Source of the DNA: an uncultured Gemmataceae bacterium
GTDB taxonomy: Bacteria; Planctomycetota; Planctomycetia; Gemmatales; Gemmataceae
Length of the DNA stretch: 64,000 bases
Assembly: GCA_963750165.1 (NCBI GenBank)
Contig: CAVVPN010000011.1
Location: 1,216,001-1,280,000, forward strand
Reading direction: 5' to 3'
Positions 11,257 through 23,256 of the stretch are shown piece by piece. The notes beneath the pieces were generated by a model. It searched no databases. It had not been told where the DNA came from and saw nothing but the letters and a program-made list of their open reading frames with translations. The first letter of the stretch is position 1. Each line of letters begins with the position of its first letter. Position numbers and translations under genes: made by a program.

Positions 11257-14200
11257 ATGAAGTTCTCTTCCTTCTTCCGCTTCTTCGGTGAACGGCGGCC
11301 CCGCCTCCGGGCCAAGGGACAACAGCGGCGCTACTGCCTGGAAATGGAAACCCTGGAGGCCCGGATCACGCCGGTCGTACCCTCCGTCGTCAGCGTCACC
11401 CCCCTGGACGGCAGCGTCTCGCTGTCCGCTCTGCCGACGCTGCAGGTGATCTTCAACGAGGACGTCCGCGACAGCAGCGGCGGCCTGCTCCAGGCCAGCG
11501 ACTTCAGCCTGTTCGGCTCCAGCGGCAACTCGATCCCCGTCAACAGCGTCAACTACGCGCTCAACGCCAGCAACCAGGGGGTGGCCACCCTCACCTACAA
11601 CGGCGGCGCCAACCTGGTGGTGGACACCTACACCCTGTTCGTCCGCGCCGACCATGTCGTGGACAACACCGGCAGCGGCCTGCACATGGGCCAGCCCGGC
11701 CAGCTGGCCGTCGTCAGTAATGGGCAGAACAACGTCTCGCTCATCGGTATGCCCGGGACGGGCACCCTCGGCACCCTGGCCGACTACCCCATGCCGGCCA
11801 ACGCCGGCGTCCAGGCTACCCCCAGCGCCGTCTTGCTCGCCAACCTCACCGGCGCCGTGGATGCCAACAACAATCCCATTCCCGACCTGGTCGTCATCGA
11901 CTCCACCACCGACTCCGTCAACGTCTTCCAGGGCCGCGTCGGCGGCGGCTTCGACCTCACGCCCGACGTGGTCCTCGACCTGCCGACCGGCGCCGGCGCC
12001 AAGGCCGTGGCGGCCGGCGACCTCAACAACGACGGCGCTCCCGACCTCATCGTTGCCAACACCGCCCTGAGCAGTGTCAGCGTCTTCCTCAACACGCGCA
12101 CCTCCACCGGACAGCTGGCCTTCGGCTCGGCCACCACCACCGCCCTGCCGGCCGCCGGCGAACTGCCCATCGGCCTGGCCATCGGCGATTTCAACACCGA
12201 CGGCAACCAGGACGTGGCCGTCCTCAACAGCGCCGCCCCCGCCGACGTGGACATGCCGGCGGACATGGTCGATGACTACACCATCGACATCCTGCCGGGC
12301 ACCGGCACCGGCACCTTCGGCGCCACCGTGCCCGTCAAGATCGGCGATGTCACCCCCACCGGCCTGACCGCGCCCACCGGCATCGCCGTCGGCCTGTTCA
12401 ACGCCGACACCAAGCCCGACCTGGCCGTCTCCGGCACCCAGGGCCTGCTCGTGCTGACCAATACCAGCACCAACAACATCACCTTCAACCAGAATCTGAT
12501 CCCGACCACGACCGCGCTCACCGCGGTTGCCGCCGGCCAGGTCCACATCCCCCAGGGCGCCAACAACCGTAATGACATCGTCGCCACCACCGCCGGCGGC
12601 GGCGGCCAGGTGCTCGTCTTCGTCAACGACAACACCGGCAACTTCACCATCGTCGGCGGCCTGCCCATCAGCTCCGGGGCCGTCACGCCCACCGCCGTCG
12701 CCATCACCGACCTGGACAACAACGGCTACGCGGACATCGTCACCAACGACACCACCACCAGCGCGGTCAACGTCATCAACAACTTCGCCGCCGGCCTCAT
12801 CAGCAACGCCACCAACGCCGGCCCCATCGTCATCACCAGCAACAACAACGGCCTGCAAACCGGCGCGCAAATCACCATCACCGGCGTGCAGGGCAACACC
12901 GCCGCCAACGGCAACTGGACCGTCACCCGCATCAACGCCAACCAGTTCTCGCTCAACGGTTCGGCCGGCAACGGCATGTTCATGCCCGGCGGCGCCCTGT
13001 GGTACGTCACCAGCGTGGCCAACGGCAGCGGCAATGTCATGGGCACCACCGGCAACGCCGTCTCGCCCATCGTCATCACCAGCGACGTGCCCACCGGCCT
13101 GGTCACCGGCCAGCAGGTCACGGTCGCCAACGTCGGCGGCAACATGGCGGCCAACGGCACCTGGACGGTCACCGTCATCGACGCCACCCACTTCTCGCTC
13201 AACGGCTCGACGGGCAACGGCACCTGGACGATGGGCACCGGTAGCTGGTCGCGGCTGCCGTACCGCACCGACGCCGGCCCCGTCAGCCTGGCCGTAGGCG
13301 ACACCAACCAGGACGGCGACGTGGATGTGGTCACAGCCAACAGCACCGGCCGCGATGTTTCGGTGTTCTCCGGCCTGGGCAACGGCGCCCTCGGCGTGGC
13401 CGCCAACTACAGCCTGGCCAACAACAGCCAGCCCGACGCCGTCGCCAGCGGCGACCTGAACAAGGACGGCATCCCCGATTTGGTCGTCGCCAATTACAAC
13501 CTTAACACCGTTACCGTCTTCCTCGGCCTGTCCGGCGGCGGCTATGCCCCGGGCGTCACCTACAGCACCGTCGTCAACGGCAAGGGCCGCAACCCCAACA
13601 GCGTCACCCTGGCCGACCTGACCGGCACTGGCAAGCTCGACATCCTCACCACCAGCGGCACCGACAGCGTTGTGACCATTCTGCCCGGCATGGGCAACGG
13701 CACCTTCGGCCCGGGGAGCACCGTGGCGGTCGGCACCAACCCGGACGCCCTGGCCGTGGGCGACTTCAACAACGACGGCAAACTCGACCTGGCCGTGGCC
13801 CACCTCGGCGGCGGTGGCGGCGGCTTCGGGCACGGCGGCGGCGGCGGCGGCAACAGCGGCGTCACCGTGCTGATCGGCAACGGCGACCGCACCTTCAAGA
13901 AAGGCGTCGAATACGAGGCCCCGACGGGCGGCGGCTTTGGCGGCGGCGGCGGCACCAGCATCGCCCCCACCGCCATCGCCGTCGGCGATTTCAACAAGGA
14001 CGGCAACCTGGACATCGTGATCGCCGACAGCAACAGCCATCAGGTGATCCTGCGCCAGGGCGACGGCACCGGCAACTTCCCGGCCACCGGCCGTTTCGTC
14101 TTCCCCGTCGGCGTCAACCCCGACGGCCTGATCGTTGCCGACCTCAACCGCGACGGCTTCCCCGATGTCATCACCATCAGTTCGTCCAGCACCACCGCCG

Positions 14201-17200
14201 ACAGCATCTCCGTGCTGCTCAACTCCCAGGGCAGCGGCTTCAGCCCCTACATCTCCACCACCCTGGGCGTCGGCGCCGCCCTGCAGAGCGTGACCGTGGC
14301 CAACGTCAACCAGGACGCCTACCCCGACCTGGTCGTGACCGTCAAGGGCGTGGCCATCGCGCCGGTCGGCGGCGGCTTCGGCGGCGGCGGTGGCGGGCCG
14401 GCCGTCACCAACGCCAGCCCCATCGTTATCTCCAGCGCCAACCACGGTCTGGCCACCGGCCAGGTGGTCACCATCACCGGCGTGCTGGGCAACACGGCGG
14501 CCAACGGCACCTGGACCATCACCGTCGTCGATCAGAACCACTTCTCGCTCAACGGCTCGACCGGCAACGGCGCCTACACCAGCGGCGGCAGCTGGACGCC
14601 GACCGCCGCCGCCGCCTTCGACAACGTCTTCACCCTGCTGAACAACGGCGACGGCTCGTTCCAGGCGGCGACGCCCTACCTGGCCGCCAAAACGGGCAAC
14701 CCGACGCCCGGCGCCAGCTACGTCGCCGTCGTCTCCGACCCCTGGCAGCGCGTGGTCACGTTCACCAGCGGCGGCACCACCGTCAACGCCAACCTGGTGT
14801 CCAACGGCGGTTTCGAGGTCCGCGACCTGACCGGCGCAGGGCAACCTGGTCGGCTGGACCTCCTACAACCTGCCCGACACGCCCGGCAGCCGCGGCAGCT
14901 GGGCCGCCCAGACCGGCACCACCAGCCCAATCAGCTCCGCCGCCGTGCCGCTGCCGCCGCAGGGCAACTACTCCGCCATGCTCGACGAGGCCGACGTGCA
15001 GCCCATCCCGCCAGCAATGGGCATGGGCGGCATGGGCGGCGGTGGCACCCCGGTCAACCCCAACGCCGCCACCACCTACGAGGGCAGCCACGCGCTCTAC
15101 CAGGACTTCACCATCCCCACCAACGTCACCAAGCTGACGGTGTCGTTCAACCTGTACATCGACAACACCAACGCTGGCGTCACCGGCTACAGCGACACCC
15201 AGGGCGGCACCCAGGCCCTGGACTTCCGCACCGCCAGCGCCGACCAGCAGGTGCGCGTGGACCTGGTGAATCCCAACGCCCCCATCCTGGCGGTCAACGC
15301 CGACGCCGGCAGCGGCAACCCGGGCGTCTACCAGAACCTCTTCATCACCCAACCCGGCGAGTCGGCCACGCAGTCGATCTCCATGACCATCGACCTGTCC
15401 TCGAACCTCGCCTACTGGGCCGGCAAGACCGTCCGCATCCGTATCGCCGAGACCAACAACAGCGGCAAGCTGATCCTCGGCGTGGACAACGTCAAGGTGC
15501 AGGCCATCTACACCGACAACCAGGGGCCGAGCATCAGCAACCTGCGGCTGCGCAACCCCAGTTACCTGATTACGCCCACCACCAACGAGGAGACCACCGA
15601 CCCGACGATCGTCGGCACCGTCAGCGACAGCGGCGGCGTCAACAACGTCTCCTACGTCGAGTTTGACCTGAACAACAACGGCTTCGTCGGGGCGGGCGAC
15701 TTCAAGGTGACCAACATCGACGCGGCCGGCAACTTCACCTTCACGCCGCAGACCCCGCTGCTGCCCGGCGTGCATACCGTGGCGGTCCGCGCCGTCAACA
15801 AGGCCAACCAGCAGACGGTATCGTCGATCACCTTCACCGTGCAGGGCGCCAGCCTGACGACCTGGGAGGCGGTCGGCCCCGGCCCGATCGACGTGTCCAG
15901 CGCCGGCCTGAAGTACACGCAGGTGTCCGGCGACATCACCTCGGTGGTCACCGACCCGCGCGACCCGACTGGCAACACCATTTATGTCGGCTCGGACAAC
16001 GGCGGCATCTGGAAGTCCACCGACGGCGGCGCCGACTGGGTGGCTCTGACCGACCACGTGACCGACGCCAGCGGCAACGTGGTGCCGGAGTCCATCGGCG
16101 GCCTGGCCTTGAGCGTCCATGTGCCGCCCAATCCGGTCACGGGCCTGGCGCCGCCGGATGTCATCTACGCCGCCACCGGCGTGGCCAGCAACAACATCAC
16201 CTCCCGGCCGGGCATCGGCGTGCTCAAGTCCACCGACGACGGCCGCACCTGGACGGTCGTCGGCGAAAGCGTGCTCAACGGCGCCCGCGTCAGCGCCATC
16301 GCCGCCGACCCGGACAACGGCAACTATGTCTGGGTGGCGGTCACGTCGTTCAGCAACGGCCTGGGGGTGCCGGGCGTCTACCGCTCCACCGACGGCGGCA
16401 TCACCTGGACGAACACGCTCATCACGGCGAACATGACGCTGGCCGCCGGCGGCCACCCCGCCAGCGTCGCCTCGGTCACGTCGCTGATCATCAACCCCTT
16501 CGACCCGAGCCTGGTCTACATCGGTCTGGGCAACATCGGTCAGGTGGCAGCCAGTGCCTCAGCTGGTGTCTGGCGGTCCAACGCCGACTACGGTGCCACC
16601 TGGACGCAGGTGGTCGGTGGCGACAATGCCGCCATCCCCAACAACACCGTGCCGTCGGGCATGGGCGTCGGCCGCGTCACCCTGGCCGAGGGCTCGGGCC
16701 GCGTCGGCGACGAGGGCACGTTCTACGTGATGGTCGCCAATCCGCCGCCGGCCGCCTCGCCCGCCGGCGACTTCGACGAGGGCACCTTCATGGGGTTGTA
16801 CAAGAGCAAGGACGGCATGCTCAACTTCACCAAGGTCATGCTCGAGCAGGACATCGCGCCGCCGCCGCCGCCCATGACCTCTCTGCACGACTTCGTGCCC
16901 ATCAGCCTGCTGGGCCGCGACGCCAGCGATGTCGGCGCCATGGTGGTGGACCCGACCGACCCGAACGTGGTCTACATTGGCGGCTCGACCTCCTGGTTGC
17001 AATCGACCGACAACGCCAGGCTCTATCACAGCCTGATCCGCGTCGATACCGGCAACATGCGCGACACCACCTACGTGGACCCGTCCACCCACATGATCCC
17101 CAACGACGGCGACGACATCACCAAGGCGGCCAAGGCTGAACAGCAGGCCGGCTACTACGACCCGTTGCTCATGACGGACATGTACACCGGCGAAGGCGTC

Positions 17201-20200
17201 TACTGGTACGACATCACGGAGGGCACCTCGAACAAGAACGGCCCCAACCAGTACCTGCCCGACGAGATCAACGCCCTGACGATTGATACCCAGGGCCGGC
17301 TGCTGATCGGCACGACCGACGGCATCTGGCGCGGCGAGGCGCTGGGCTTCAGCTACGACTTCAGCAGCGGCGGCACCGGCATCGTCGGCGGCGGCCGCGG
17401 CTTCAACCCGCCCGGTATGAAGCTGACCTCACTCAACAGCAACCTGCAGATCACCGATGTCACCTCCGTGGCCATCGACCCGACCAACCCGAACGTGTAC
17501 TACACCTCGGAGGCCTACAGCGGCACGGCGCTGACCACCGGCGGCGGCCCGCTCTCCTGGCAGACGATGGGCCTGACCGGGCCGACCAACCCCTCGGGTA
17601 TGAACCTTGGCGTGCCCAACGCTGGCGTCGTCGCCGTCAGCGCCCCGAGCCCGACGGCGGCGGCCGGGAGCAACGGCACGCTGTTCCGGCTCTGGCAATA
17701 CTACCAGGACCCGACCAACAACACGCTCACCTCGCTGGAGCCGGAGTCCTCCAACGACGGCGGCACGACCTTCAGCGCCGTGGCCGCCTCCGGCATCAGC
17801 ATCAACAACAGCGCCGGCCTGTTCCCGGTGCTGGTCGTCAACCCGAACAAGATTTACTCCGGTGGCCAGTACCAGGACCAGCTGCTGTTCGGCACGCAGC
17901 AGGTGTACGAGACCAACACCACCGCCAACCTGTGGACGGCCATCAGCCCCGTCCTGGACGCAACCGCGGACATCAGCGCCCTGGCGGTGGCGCCGTCGGA
18001 CTCCAGCACGATCTACGCCGGGCTGAGCAACGGCAAGGTCTTTGTCAAGAACGCCACGCTGAACTGGGTCAACGAGTCCGCCGGCCTGCCCACGGAGCCA
18101 ATCGACGGCATCACCGTGGACCCGAACAGCCCGAACACCGTCTACGTCCTGCTGGGCGGCAACACCATCGGCGTGCCGCACCTGTGGAAGACGACCAACG
18201 GCGGCTCCACCTGGGCGGGGGTGGCCGGCAGCGGCTCCGGCGTGCTGCCGGACGTGAGCTTCTACAGCATGGTGATCGACGCCCGCCCGGCCACGGGAGC
18301 GCCCAACGGTCTGTTCTACCTGGCCACCGGCGTCGGCGTGTTCGTCTCCAAGGACCAGGGCGTCACCTGGAAGCCGCTCGGCGAGGGCCTGCCAAGCGGC
18401 CCGGTGGTGAGCCTGCAGTTCAACCCGACACTCGAGGTGCTCGCGGCCGCCATTCAGGGCCGCGGCGTCTTCACCCTCTCGACGCAGCACAGTGGCCCGG
18501 CGGTCACCGCGGTCACGCCGACGACGCCGACCGCCGACCCGCTGACCACCACGTCGGTCACCTTCGACGAGGCGACTGACCCGCGTACCTTCTCGCTCAG
18601 CGCCAACAGCAGCGCCCGCTACACCGCCGCCAGTTTCCTGGACCACACCCAGGAGTACCTGAACAACCGGGTGACGACGTACTTCCAGGAATACCTGGGC
18701 CGCAATCCCTCGAGCAGCGATATGCCCTGGGCCACGGCGATGCTGGCCCAGTCGGACTCCCAGTTGGTGGCGACGCTGATCGGCTCGCAGGAGTTCTTCC
18801 AGAAATCGGCGGCCACGCCGACCAACGCCACCTGGGTCGCGGCGGTGTACCAGGACCTGTTCTTCCGCACCGCGACGGGCGACGCCGGCGCCACCGCCCT
18901 CATCAACGCCCTGAACGCCAACGCCTTCACCCGCGCCCAGGCGGCGGCCACGCTGGTCACGGTCCCGGAGTACCAGGCCGACCTGATCGCCGGCCTGTTC
19001 AACCAGATTCTGGACCGCAACAAGCCGATCCCGGCCAACATGAACGACCCGGACATCGTCACCTGGCTGAAGCTGTTTAACCCGGGCGCCGGGCAGACAC
19101 CCCTGGGCGTGCAGAACCTGATCGCGTCCTTGCTGTCCTCGCAGGAGTATTATCTCAAGTTCGGCGGCGCGATGACGTTGCCCGCGAGTTCCACGCCGGT
19201 GGACACGACCCTGAGCGACCTGAGCGGCGCCACGGACCAGTACGGCAACGCCATCCCGGACCTGATCGTAATCAACACCGGCAGCAACACGGTGGACATC
19301 TACCAGGGCCGTGTCGGCGGCGGTTACAACCTCACGCCGACCCTGGTGCTGGCGCTGCCCGCCAACGCCAATCCGAGCGGCATCGCCGTCGGCGACTTTA
19401 ACGGCGACGGCAAGCTGGACCTGGCTGTGGTCAACTCCGGCACCAACAACGTCTCGATCTTCCTGAACACCTCCACGAACAACAAGGTGAGCTTCGGCAG
19501 CCGCACGGATGTCGCCGTGGGCGCCAACACTGCCCCGGTGGCCATCGTCGCCGGCAAGTTCGCCGGCACCACCCACACGGACCTGGCGGTGCTCAGCGGC
19601 GCGGCGGTGGGCGGTAAATACACGTTGCAGTTCCTGCTCGGCGCGGGCACCGGCGCCTTCACGTTGTCGCCGACCACGGTGGATACCGGCTTCGCCATCG
19701 CGCCCACGGCCCAGAAGCCGAACGGCCTGGCGGTGGGCGACCTGAACAACGACGGCCGGCCCGACTTCGTGATCTCGGCCAGCGACAACGACACGCTGGC
19801 GCCGACCGGCGGCGTTCACATGCTGCTGTCCAGGAACACTCCGCTGAGCTTCGGCCTGGTCACGGTGGGCACGACCGCCGCCACCTCGGTGGCCGTCGGC
19901 AAGGTCGATACCGACAACCTGCCCGACATCGTGGCCACAGCCGGCGGCAACGTGGTGGTCTACCAGAACCTGGCGACCGCCCCGGGCACCTTCAGCGCCG
20001 GCACCATCTTCAGCGTCGGCCAGGACCCGAGCGACGTGACCCTGGCCGATGTCAATGGCGACGGCCTCAACGACATCCTCGTGGTCAACAGCACGTCCGG
20101 CGGCGGCCTGACTGTGCTGCGGAACACGACGCAGACGGCCGCCTCCGGCCCGGACACGCTGACGTTCCTCGATCCGGTGAGCTACCCCGAGGCCGGTAAC

Positions 20201-22159
20201 ACCCCGGTGGCGTTCGCCGTGGGCGACACCAACCAGGACGGCGTCGCCGACGTGGTGCTGGCCAACAGCGGCTCGAACGACCTGGAAATCCTGCCGGGCA
20301 CCAACCTCGGCTTCTTCCAGACGCCGACCGACAACGCCTTCATCAACAACACCTATGAGTTCCTGTTCCACCGCGGCGTGGACCCCGCCGGCCTGACGAT
20401 GATGATGACACAGCTGGCGGCCAACGAGCAGTCGCGGTTGAGCGGGCCGAACGGCACGGCGACGGTGCCGCTGGCGATCACGGACGTGGACCCGACCACG
20501 CACCTGACGTTCCAGTTGACGTTCGCGCCGCAGACGCTGGACGGCGCCTACACGCTGACGATCGGGCCCAACGCCCTGGGCAACCAGATCAAGGACTTCG
20601 TGGACCTGAACGGCACCTACGCGAACATCGGCAACGCCATGAACCAGAACAGCAACTTGGTCAACGGCGAGTATCCGGGCGACCGCTACACGGCCAACTT
20701 CGCGGTGAACACCAGCGACGACGGCGAGTTCGTCAGCGGTCTGTATCACGACCTGCTCGGCACTGCTCCGGTCGGCCGCCAGGCGGACACGAACGGGTTC
20801 CTGAGCTTCCTGGCGCCGGTGGACGCTGCCCGCCAGCAGGCGATCAACCTGATTGCCCCCAACTACGCGACCGCGGCCGAGACGCGCACGAACGAGGTGA
20901 TCGCCCTGTTCGTGAAGTACCTGCGGCTGACGACGCCGCCGACCAGCGCCCAGGTGCAGCCGTACGTCACCTTGTTGCAACAGGGGACGCTGACGCAGGA
21001 AGTGATCGTGGCCATCCTGCTGGCCTCGCCGACGTACTACCAGAGCCCGACGCTGGGCAACAGCAACAACGCCACCTGGCTCAACCAGGTGTACATGGAC
21101 CTGTTCGGCTACGGCACCGCCGGTCAGGCCGGCGCCGCGGCCCAGCTGGCGCAGCTCAACACCGCGTCGGGGAGCCAGGTCCAGTCGGTGCGGCAGCAGA
21201 TTGCCAGCACCCTGACGTTCAGCACCGCGGCGCTGCGGCGGTTCATCGACAACTACTACGAGGCACTGCTGGGCCGGGCGCCGCAGGAGACGCTGCTGGT
21301 GAACGACTACGCCACCTGGCTGCCGGTGCTGCAAAAGACGTCGTTCAAGGCCGGCACGGAGAGCCCGGATGAGCAGCTCATCACGGCCCTGGTGACGTCG
21401 CAGGAGTACTTCGAGCGCGTGGGCAACAACAACCGTGCCTGGCTGACGAGCCTGTTCACGAAGGTGGTGGGCCGGGCGACGGAAAACCCGAACGGGCCGG
21501 AGGTGACGCAGGCGCTGGAGGGCATCCACACCAGCACCCAGAACGTGCCGGGCCTGCTCGACATGTACGAGACGGCGCGGCAAACGGACGTGACGATCAT
21601 CACCGCCAGCCAGGAGCACCAGGCGCGGGTGATCGGCAGTTACTACCAGACCTACCTGGGCCGGGCCATCACCGCGACGGAGACGACGCTCTGGCTCAAC
21701 AACTTCAAGGCGGGGGTCACGGACCAGCAAGCGCTGGCGGTCATCTTCAGTTCGTCGGAGTTCTACCCGACCTCGGGCTCGGGCAGCTCCAACTCGGGCT
21801 GGCTGAACCAGGTGTACGAGGACGTGCTCGGCCGCACGACCAGCGGCGACCCGGGGGCGACGACGCTGCTGAACCAGCTGAACGCCAGCCTGCCGGCCAA
21901 CCCCACGGCAACCCAGGTGCAGCAGGCACGGTATACGACGGCGCTGACCATCCTGTCTGGCACCGAGTACCGCCTCGACCTGATCTCAACGTTCTTCAAC
22001 ACCCACCTGGGCCGGAGCAAGCCGATTCCGGCGAACTCGAGCGACCCGGAGTTGACGCCGTGGGTGAATATGCTGGCCGCGGGCATGACGCAGGAACAGG
22101 TGCTGAACCTCATGCTGAGCGGTAGCGAGTACTTCCTGCTGCCGCACACCTTCCCGTGA
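11257..22159 (+). CDS. Giant surface/adhesin-like protein of about 3,600 aa (FG-GAP propellers, FCCH-like inserts, Ig-like domains, BNR/sortilin-like propellers, DUF4214 repeats); one frameshift near 14835
   Basis: Planctomycete export signal RR...CLEMETLEARITP; many GDxNxDGxxDL repeats. The frame switches at ...FEVRDLTG / QGNLVGWTSYNL... and continues without stop into ORF 14945..22159, which has SxDGGxTW BNR motifs and LGR..SQEY DUF4214 repeats. Confidence 0.88.
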
Positions 22160-22185
22160 GCGCGGCCCGGACTCCGCTTCTTTCG

Positions 22186-22213
22186 TGGGGCAGACAGGAA
22201 TGTCTGCCCCACG
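22186..22213. repeat. Palindromic REP-like element / terminator after the giant gene
   Basis: gtggggcagaca-ggaa-tgtctgccccac hairpin, followed by a gccaagccgcaagcggc motif also seen near 10618 and 49795. Confidence 0.55.
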
Positions 22214-22337
22214 AAGGAAACGCGCCAAGCCGCAAGCGGCGGAAAAGACATTCCATCAATTTTCACTTGCCACGGCCCGGGAGCGCTGATGGAATACCCC
22301 CTATCGCTACCGATCATCTGTCCCAGGAATCGCGTTC

Positions 22338-23243
22338 ATGGCCGCTATCGAATTCAACTGCCCCGCCTGTCAGGCAACCCTCCGCCTTGGCAACCCCGCT
22401 CTGGCCGGCAAGAAAATCAAGTGCCCGAAGTGCGGCGCCGTCGTCACGGTGCCGGCGCCGGCCGAGCCCGAACTGCCGATGATGGAGCTGGCGGAGCCGG
22501 AAATGCTGGAGCCCGAACCCGTACCGGCGGCGATCCGCCCGGCTGGCCGGCGGCCACCGGCCCCCGCGGACGAGGACGAAGCGCCGCCGAGCCGCGGGCC
22601 CCGTCGGGGCGAGGAGGACGACGAGGACGCCCCGCGGCCGCGCCGCCGCCGGCAGCAACAGCAGGTGTCCCAGGCCCCGTCGCGCAACGCGCTCATCATC
22701 GGTGGCATCGTCCTGGCCGTCTCTCTCTGCGGCGGCTGCGTCGGCGTCGTGTGGTGGGCGATTAGCGCGGCGTCCAACGCGGCGAACGACCTTGCCAAGG
22801 ATATGCGGAAGGACGTAAGAAAAGACAAGGACAAGGAGTTCGTACCAAAGCAGCAAGATGGCCAGCCGAAGGACAAGGACTTCATCTACGACGTGGGGCC
22901 TGCCGGGGTAAATATCATGGACCGCCTGGCGGTCACTGACTCTCGGGACGTGCGGGGCGGCGCGGACAAGTGTTATTGCAAAGTCTATCGGGTCCGGATG
23001 TCCCGCGGGAAAAGCTACACCATCCGCATGAACGCCCCCCCAGGGAAGATGCTGGACCCCTACCTGCGGCTGGAGAACGCCGCGCTTCAGACCCTGGCCG
23101 AAAACGACGACGCCCCCGGCGAGCAAACGCTCAACTCCCGGATTGATTTCTTCTGCCCCAGTGACGGGGTACATCGGATCATCGCCACCTCGCTGCAAGA
23201 CAACCAAACGGGCCCGTTCACGCTCAGCATTACGGCCAGGTGA
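22338..23243 (+). CDS. Zinc-ribbon membrane protein with C-terminal PPC-like domain
   Basis: CPAC...CPKC zinc ribbon; acidic/Arg linker; TM with CGGC; LDPYLRLE...LAENDD...LNSRI...TGPFTL. Confidence 0.8.
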   Translation: MAAIEFNCPACQATLRLGNPALAGKKIKCPKCGAVVTVPAPAEPELPMMELAEPEMLEPEPVPAAIRPAGRRPPAPADEDEAPPSRGPRRGEEDDEDAPRPRRRRQQQQVSQAPSRNALIIGGIVLAVSLCGGCVGVVWWAISAASNAANDLAKDMRKDVRKDKDKEFVPKQQDGQPKDKDFIYDVGPAGVNIMDRLAVTDSRDVRGGADKCYCKVYRVRMSRGKSYTIRMNAPPGKMLDPYLRLENAALQTLAENDDAPGEQTLNSRIDFFCPSDGVHRIIATSLQDNQTGPFTLSITAR

Positions 23244-23256
23244 GCGACACCCTCGG

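Noticed and set aside
14825..14845. Programmed ribosomal frameshift in the giant gene
   Set aside because: No slippery heptamer, and many similar indels across unrelated genes point to sequencing error.
11005..21730. Very long minus-strand ORFs (11005..14844, 14783..16456, 17429..21730) and similar shadow ORFs elsewhere
   Set aside because: Antisense shadows of GC-rich, codon-biased real genes; no recognisable motifs.
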